Origin: Candidatus Omnitrophota bacterium
Lineage (GTDB): Bacteria > Omnitrophota > Gorgyraeia > Duberdicusellales > 4484-171
Assembly (NCBI GenBank): GCA_043815445.1
Contig: JBDRIY010000090.1
Location: 1 to 56,209 of the forward strand
Length of the DNA: 56,209 nucleotides
Direction: 5' to 3'
Below the pieces are notes generated by a model, which saw nothing but the letters and a program-made list of their open reading frames with translations, did no database searches and was not told the origin of the DNA. Position 1 is the first letter of the stretch, and every line of letters starts with the position of its first letter. Shown here in pieces: positions 51,647-56,209 of this stretch. The position numbers and the translations under genes were made by a program.

Positions 51647-53197
51647 ATGGTTATTCTTTATATGATAGCTGGTATCATTGCCGGTATAATTTTAGGATGG
51701 TGGCTGGGCAAAATTTTTGAAAAGAATAAATTAAAAAAGATTAAAGAAGATGCTCAAAAGTTAGTCCAAGAAGCTAAGTCTAAAGCTGAAGAAATTGTCC
51801 GAAAAGCGGATTTAGACGCTAAAGAAATGCTTTATAAGCTTAGAGTTGATTTTGAAAAGCAAAATTCTTATAAAAAGGAAGAGTTTATCCAGTTAGAAAA
51901 AAGACTTTTGCAAAGGGAAGGGAATTTAGAAAAAAGGCTTGATTTTATTCAGAGCCGAGAATCTGAATTGCGCCGGCGGGAAGACCGCTTGAAAATCTTG
52001 ATTGATGACGCCGACAAAAAGAATCAAGATTTAGCTAAGCTGATAGAAGAAGAAAAGGAAAAGTTGAAAAGTATTTCTTCTTTAACTTCTCAAGAAGCAA
52101 AAGAGCTTTTGCTTAAAAGGTACGAGGAAGAATTACGCTCGGATAAAGCAAGAATGATTAAAGAGATGGAAGATACTGTTAGGGAAGAAGCTGACGGAAA
52201 AGCAAGGGAGATAGTTTCTCAGGCTATTCAAAGATGCGCGGTAGAACATACTACTGAAACTACTGTAAGCGTTGTGCCTCTTCCTAATGATGAAATAAAG
52301 GGTAGGATTATAGGCAGGGAAGGCCGTAACATTAGGGCTTTTGAAATGGCGACCGGGGTAGATTTGATAATTGATGATACTCCGGAAGCAGTTAGTGTTT
52401 CAGGGTTTGACCCCATACGAAGAGAGATTGCCCGTATTGCTTTGGGGAAATTAGTGCAGGATGGAAGGATTCATCCGGCAAGAATAGAAGAAGTTGTAGA
52501 AAAAACTAAGCAAGAGTTTGATAAAAAACTTACAGAAGAAGGAAAGTCCGCTTCTTTTGACGTAGGAATTCACAACCTTCATCCGGAATTAATAAAGCTA
52601 TTAGGTAAATTAAAATATCGCACAAGTTTTGGCCAGAACGCCCTTCAGCATTCAAAAGAAGTTTCTATTATTATGGGTATTTTGGCTTCAGAACTTGAAA
52701 TGGATGCTCGGATTGCTAAAAGAGCAGGGCTTTTGCATGACATAGGAAAAGCTATTGATCATCAGGTGGAAGGAACCCATGCCCAGATAGGATCAGATTT
52801 ATTGAAAAAATATGGAGAAAATGAGATAGTTATAAACGCGGCTCAGTCACACCATGAAGAAGTAGAATTCAGCTCTCTTTATTCTCTTCTCGCGCTAGTT
52901 GCTGACGCTGTTTCCGCTGCCCGGCCCGGCGCGCGCCGGGAAACTTTAGAAACTTATGTAAAAAGATTAAGGCAGCTTGAGACTATTGCCAACTCTTTGG
53001 AAGGGGTGGACAAAAGCTTTGCTATTCAGGCCGGAAGGGAGATAAGAGTAATTGTTCAGCCGAACAAGGTTAAAGACAATGAAATTCATCTTCTTGCTCA
53101 TGAATTAAAGAAAAAGTTGGAACAGGAAATGGATTATCCGGGAAATATTAAAATTACCATAATAAGAGAAACCCGGGCTGTTGATTACGCGAAGTAA
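51647..53197 (+). CDS. rny: ribonuclease Y
   Basis: N-terminal TM helix, coiled coil, KH motif [17 protein letters not shown] motif LLHDIGKA. Confidence 0.95.
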   Translation: MVILYMIAGIIAGIILGWWLGKIFEKNKLKKIKEDAQKLVQEAKSKAEEIVRKADLDAKEMLYKLRVDFEKQNSYKKEEFIQLEKRLLQREGNLEKRLDFIQSRESELRRREDRLKILIDDADKKNQDLAKLIEEEKEKLKSISSLTSQEAKELLLKRYEEELRSDKARMIKEMEDTVREEADGKAREIVSQAIQRCAVEHTTETTVSVVPLPNDEIKGRIIGREGRNIRAFEMATGVDLIIDDTPEAVSVSGFDPIRREIARIALGKLVQDGRIHPARIEEVVEKTKQEFDKKLTEEGKSASFDVGIHNLHPELIKLLGKLKYRTSFGQNALQHSKEVSIIMGILASELEMDARIAKRAGLLHDIGKAIDHQVEGTHAQIGSDLLKKYGENEIVINAAQSHHEEVEFSSLYSLLALVADAVSAARPGARRETLETYVKRLRQLETIANSLEGVDKSFAIQAGREIRVIVQPNKVKDNEIHLLAHELKKKLEQEMDYPGNIKITIIRETRAVDYAK

Positions 53198-53293
53198 ACG
53201 TAACACGTAACACGTAACACGTAACACGTAACACGTCAACCCTTACTTACTGTTTTCAAAGACGTGTTACTTGATACGTGCTGCGTGATACGC
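53198..53293. repeat. intergenic hairpin, ACGTAAC 7-mer x5 plus complement
   Basis: acgtaac x5 (53198-53232) then acgtcaac. Right arm gacgtgttacttgatacgtgctgcgtgatacgc (53261-53293). Confidence 0.85.
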
Positions 53294-53332
53294 ATTTTTG
53301 ATGTTGTTTATTTTTTCGATGAGAGGTAAAAT

Positions 53333-54118
53333 ATGGGAATGATGAAGGTGTTGTTTATAGGAGATGTTGTTGGCCGGCCGGCAAGAGACTATCTTAAAAA
53401 GTTGCTGCCTGGTTTAAAGAAAGAATTAAAGCTGGATCTTATTATTGTTAACGGCGAGAATTCTGCCGGCGGTTCAAGCATAACTCTTGATACTGCTAAG
53501 GATATTTTTGATAGCGCTGTAGATATAGTTACCAGCGGCGACCATATTTTTAAAAAAAAGGAATCAAAAGACGCTTTAGCTAAATGGGATATTTTAAGGC
53601 CTTTAAATTTTGGAGAAGAAGCTTTAGGCCGAGGGTATTTAATAAAAGAAGCAGCAGGGGTAAAAGTCGCGGTAATAAACCTTTTAGGAAGAGTTTTTAT
53701 GCAGCCGGTTGACTGTCCTTTCAAAGCTGTCCGAGCGGTTTTGGAAGATATAAAGAGGCAAGCAAAAATAATTATCGTAGATATGCATGCTGAAGCAACT
53801 AGTGAAAAACTTGCTATGGGGTATTTTCTTTCGGGAAAAGTAAGCGCGGTTCTTGGTACTCATACTCATATTCCCACTGCTGATGAGAGAATAATAGATG
53901 ACTATACCGCTTATATTACTGACGTGGGGATGAGCGGTAGTTGTGATTCTGTTTTAGGCCGGGAAAAGCATCAAATTATTGAACGTTTTGTTACTAATAT
54001 GCCGATGAGGTTTGATTTAGCTCAAGGGGATGTCCGGGCGCAGGGAGTTATAATAGAGATCGATAAAGCATCAGGCAGGGCTTTATCCATAAAAAGGGTA
54101 GAATATAGAGAGGGATAA
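53333..54118 (+). CDS. ymdB: YmdB-family metallophosphoesterase (2',3'-cyclic-nucleotide phosphodiesterase)
   Basis: KVLFIGDVVGRPAR, NGENSAGG, DMHAEATSEK, GTHTHIPTAD. rny-ymdB synteny. Confidence 0.85.
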   Translation: MGMMKVLFIGDVVGRPARDYLKKLLPGLKKELKLDLIIVNGENSAGGSSITLDTAKDIFDSAVDIVTSGDHIFKKKESKDALAKWDILRPLNFGEEALGRGYLIKEAAGVKVAVINLLGRVFMQPVDCPFKAVRAVLEDIKRQAKIIIVDMHAEATSEKLAMGYFLSGKVSAVLGTHTHIPTADERIIDDYTAYITDVGMSGSCDSVLGREKHQIIERFVTNMPMRFDLAQGDVRAQGVIIEIDKASGRALSIKRVEYREG

Positions 54119-54143
54119 CCGGAGGTTATACCTAAGGAGTAAT

Positions 54144-54473
54144 ATGGATTGGGATAAGGCAGAAAAAAGGCGTTTTGTTCGGGCTAATTTTGATTGTAAA
54201 ATTATCATTCATACCCCTAAAGAGCATATTATTATTTCACATACTGAAAATATCGGAGTGGGAGGGGTTAGAGTTTTTGTTGATGAGAAATTAAACATTT
54301 CATCTGAGGTAGGTTTAGAAATTTATTTAGGCCAAAGCCCGATTAGTTGTAAAGGAAAAATAGCCTGGGTAGTTGAAAGGGCCGATAGATTTGACACTGG
54401 CATAGAGTTTCTTGAAATTAGCGAAAAAGATGAGAGAGTAATCAGTAATATTGTCGAAAATATTGTTTCTTAA
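54144..54473 (+). CDS. stand-alone PilZ-domain protein
   Basis: EKRRFVR (RxxxR) and NIGVGG (D/NxSxxG-like). Confidence 0.7.
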   Translation: MDWDKAEKRRFVRANFDCKIIIHTPKEHIIISHTENIGVGGVRVFVDEKLNISSEVGLEIYLGQSPISCKGKIAWVVERADRFDTGIEFLEISEKDERVISNIVENIVS

Positions 54474-54474
54474 G

Positions 54475-56209
54475 ATGTTTTTAGAAAACATAAACTCGCC
54501 TCAAGATTTAAAAAACTTAAAATATAAAGAATTAAAGGCTTTGAGCCGCCAAATACGGGATTTAATTATAGATGTGGTTTCTAAAAATGGCGGCCATCTT
54601 GCCTCTTCTTTAGGGGCGGTTGAACTTTGCGTGGCTTTGCATTATTGTCTTGATGCCCCGATTGATTCTCTTATTTTTGATGTAGGCCATCAGGCTTATG
54701 CCCATAAGATTATCACCGGAAGAAAAGATACTTTTCACACTTTAAGAGAATATCAAGGCATTAGCGGTTTTCCTAATTTCTTAGAGTCACCTTACGATAT
54801 TTATACCTGCGGCCATGCTTCTACCGCTATTTCTTGGGCTCAAGGAATAGCTGAAGCAAAAAAATTGAACAAAGATTGCTCTAAAACAGTAGCGATTATA
54901 GGTGATGGATCCTTAACCGGAGGTATGAGCTTTGAAGCTTTAAACGCTTGCGGCCATATTATGAGCGATGTGTTGGTTGTTGTCAATCATAATGAAATGA
55001 GTATTTCTCCTTCTGTGGGAGCATTAAGCAATTATCTGACTAAAATATTATCAGCGCCTATTTATAACCGGATAAGAGGAGAGTTGGAGAAGTTTCTTAA
55101 AAATGTTTCAGAAAGGCTTGCCCAAAGAGCAAAGAAGTTTGAAGAAACAATGAAGGGCTTGATTGTTCCGGGGATATTTTTTGAAGAGCTTGGTTTCCGC
55201 TATTTCGGGCCTATTGACGGCCATAATTTGGAAGTATTAATTCCGGCGATTAAAAATGTTATTTCCTTAAAGGGCCCGCGAATTTTACATATAATTACTA
55301 AAAAAGGTAAAAGGGTACAAATTCTCCGAAGATAATCCTGAGGGTTTTCACGGCGCCTCAGTATTTAACATTGATAAGGGAGAATCTTTAGGAGTATTAA
55401 AAGATGCTTTCAGCGAGGTTTTTGCTAAAAAACTTATTGTTTTAGCTAAAAATAATGAAAAAATCGCGGCAGTAACCGCGGCTATGCCCAGCGGCACAGG
55501 GCTTTATTTATTTCAGAAAGAATTTCCTCAGAGGTTTTTTGACGTGGGTATTGCTGAAGCGCACGCGGTTGGCTTTGCCAGCGGTTTAGCAAAAAAAGGT
55601 TTTCAGCCGGTTGTGGCAATTTATTCTACTTTTTTGCAAAGGTCTTTTGATCAGATAATACATGATATTTGCCTGCAGGGTTTAGGAGTTATTTTCGCGG
55701 TTGATAGGGCCGGAGTAGTTGGAGAAGATGGGCCTACTCATCATGGTGTTTTTGATATAGGTTATTTAAGAATGATTCCTAATATGGTTTGTATGGCGCC
55801 TAAGGATAAGGAAGAACTGGAGGATATGCTTGAGTTTGCCTGCGCTATGAATTCTCCGGTAAGCATTCGTTACTCCAAGGGCGAAGCCTATTCTTTGGGA
55901 GATAGAGAGAATATTGAATTGGGTAAATCGCAGGTTATTAAACAAGGCAAGGACGTATGTTTAATTGCTGTTGGGCCAATGGTTAAAACCGGCAAAGAAT
56001 GTATTTTAAAGCTTTCCGCTGAAGGAATAGATGCTTGTTTAGTGAACGCTCGTTTTATAAAGCCTTTAGACAAAGATTTACTTAGAAAAATAGCAGATGA
56101 GTTTAATTTAATTATTACTCTTGAGGAAGCTAATTTAAATTGCGGCTTTGGAAGCGCGGTTTTAGAGTTTTATGAGCAAGAAAGGATGCTAAATAAAACA
56201 AATTTAGTT
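54475..56209 (+). pseudogene. dxs: 1-deoxy-D-xylulose-5-phosphate synthase, interrupted by a +1 frameshift in an A4 run (55309-55312); 3' end runs off the window
   Basis: N-terminal frame: GGHLASSLG, GHQAYAHKI, GDGSLTGGM, ending ..ITKKGK. The Dxs sequence resumes in the next frame from 55313 (GYKFSEDNPEGFHG..DVGIAEAHAV..GEDGPTHHG..) to 56209 with no stop. Confidence 0.85.

Overview
AT-rich bacterial chromosome segment. The taxon cannot be assigned from sequence alone, and nothing was searched: all calls rest on motifs read in the supplied translations and on the DNA itself. About 60 protein genes are present. All but four (FIST sensor, histidine kinase, response regulator-GGDEF, hup) lie on the + strand. 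Housekeeping backbone: tRNA-Leu(GAG), dnaG-rpoD, gatCAB, ctp, tsaD, era, rlmN, hup, rny-ymdB, and a frameshifted dxs that runs off the window end. Accessory content: (1) a 13-gene type II (aromatic) polyketide synthase cluster at 28.0-39.1 kb, with KS-alpha/KS-beta/ACP, a TcmN-like ARO/CYC, a second cyclase, a ketoreductase, a starter ligase, an MFS exporter and unusual accessory genes. (2) A tripartite hipB-hipS-hipT toxin-antitoxin module with an operator array. (3) A B12-radical SAM plus amidohydrolase pair. (4) An MtnA-like isomerase / class II aldolase-SCP2 fusion / aldehyde dehydrogenase block. (5) c-di-GMP signalling genes: FIST-HK-RR(GGDDF) and two PilZ proteins. The most pervasive non-coding signal is a class of long intergenic hairpins built from degenerate tandem short words. 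Several sequence families recur across the window, and two half-copies are read in frame inside CDSs. Two further short dispersed repeat families and a duplicated tRNA 3' end are also present. Several ORF-track starts were trimmed to internal ATGs that have better RBS or homology support.
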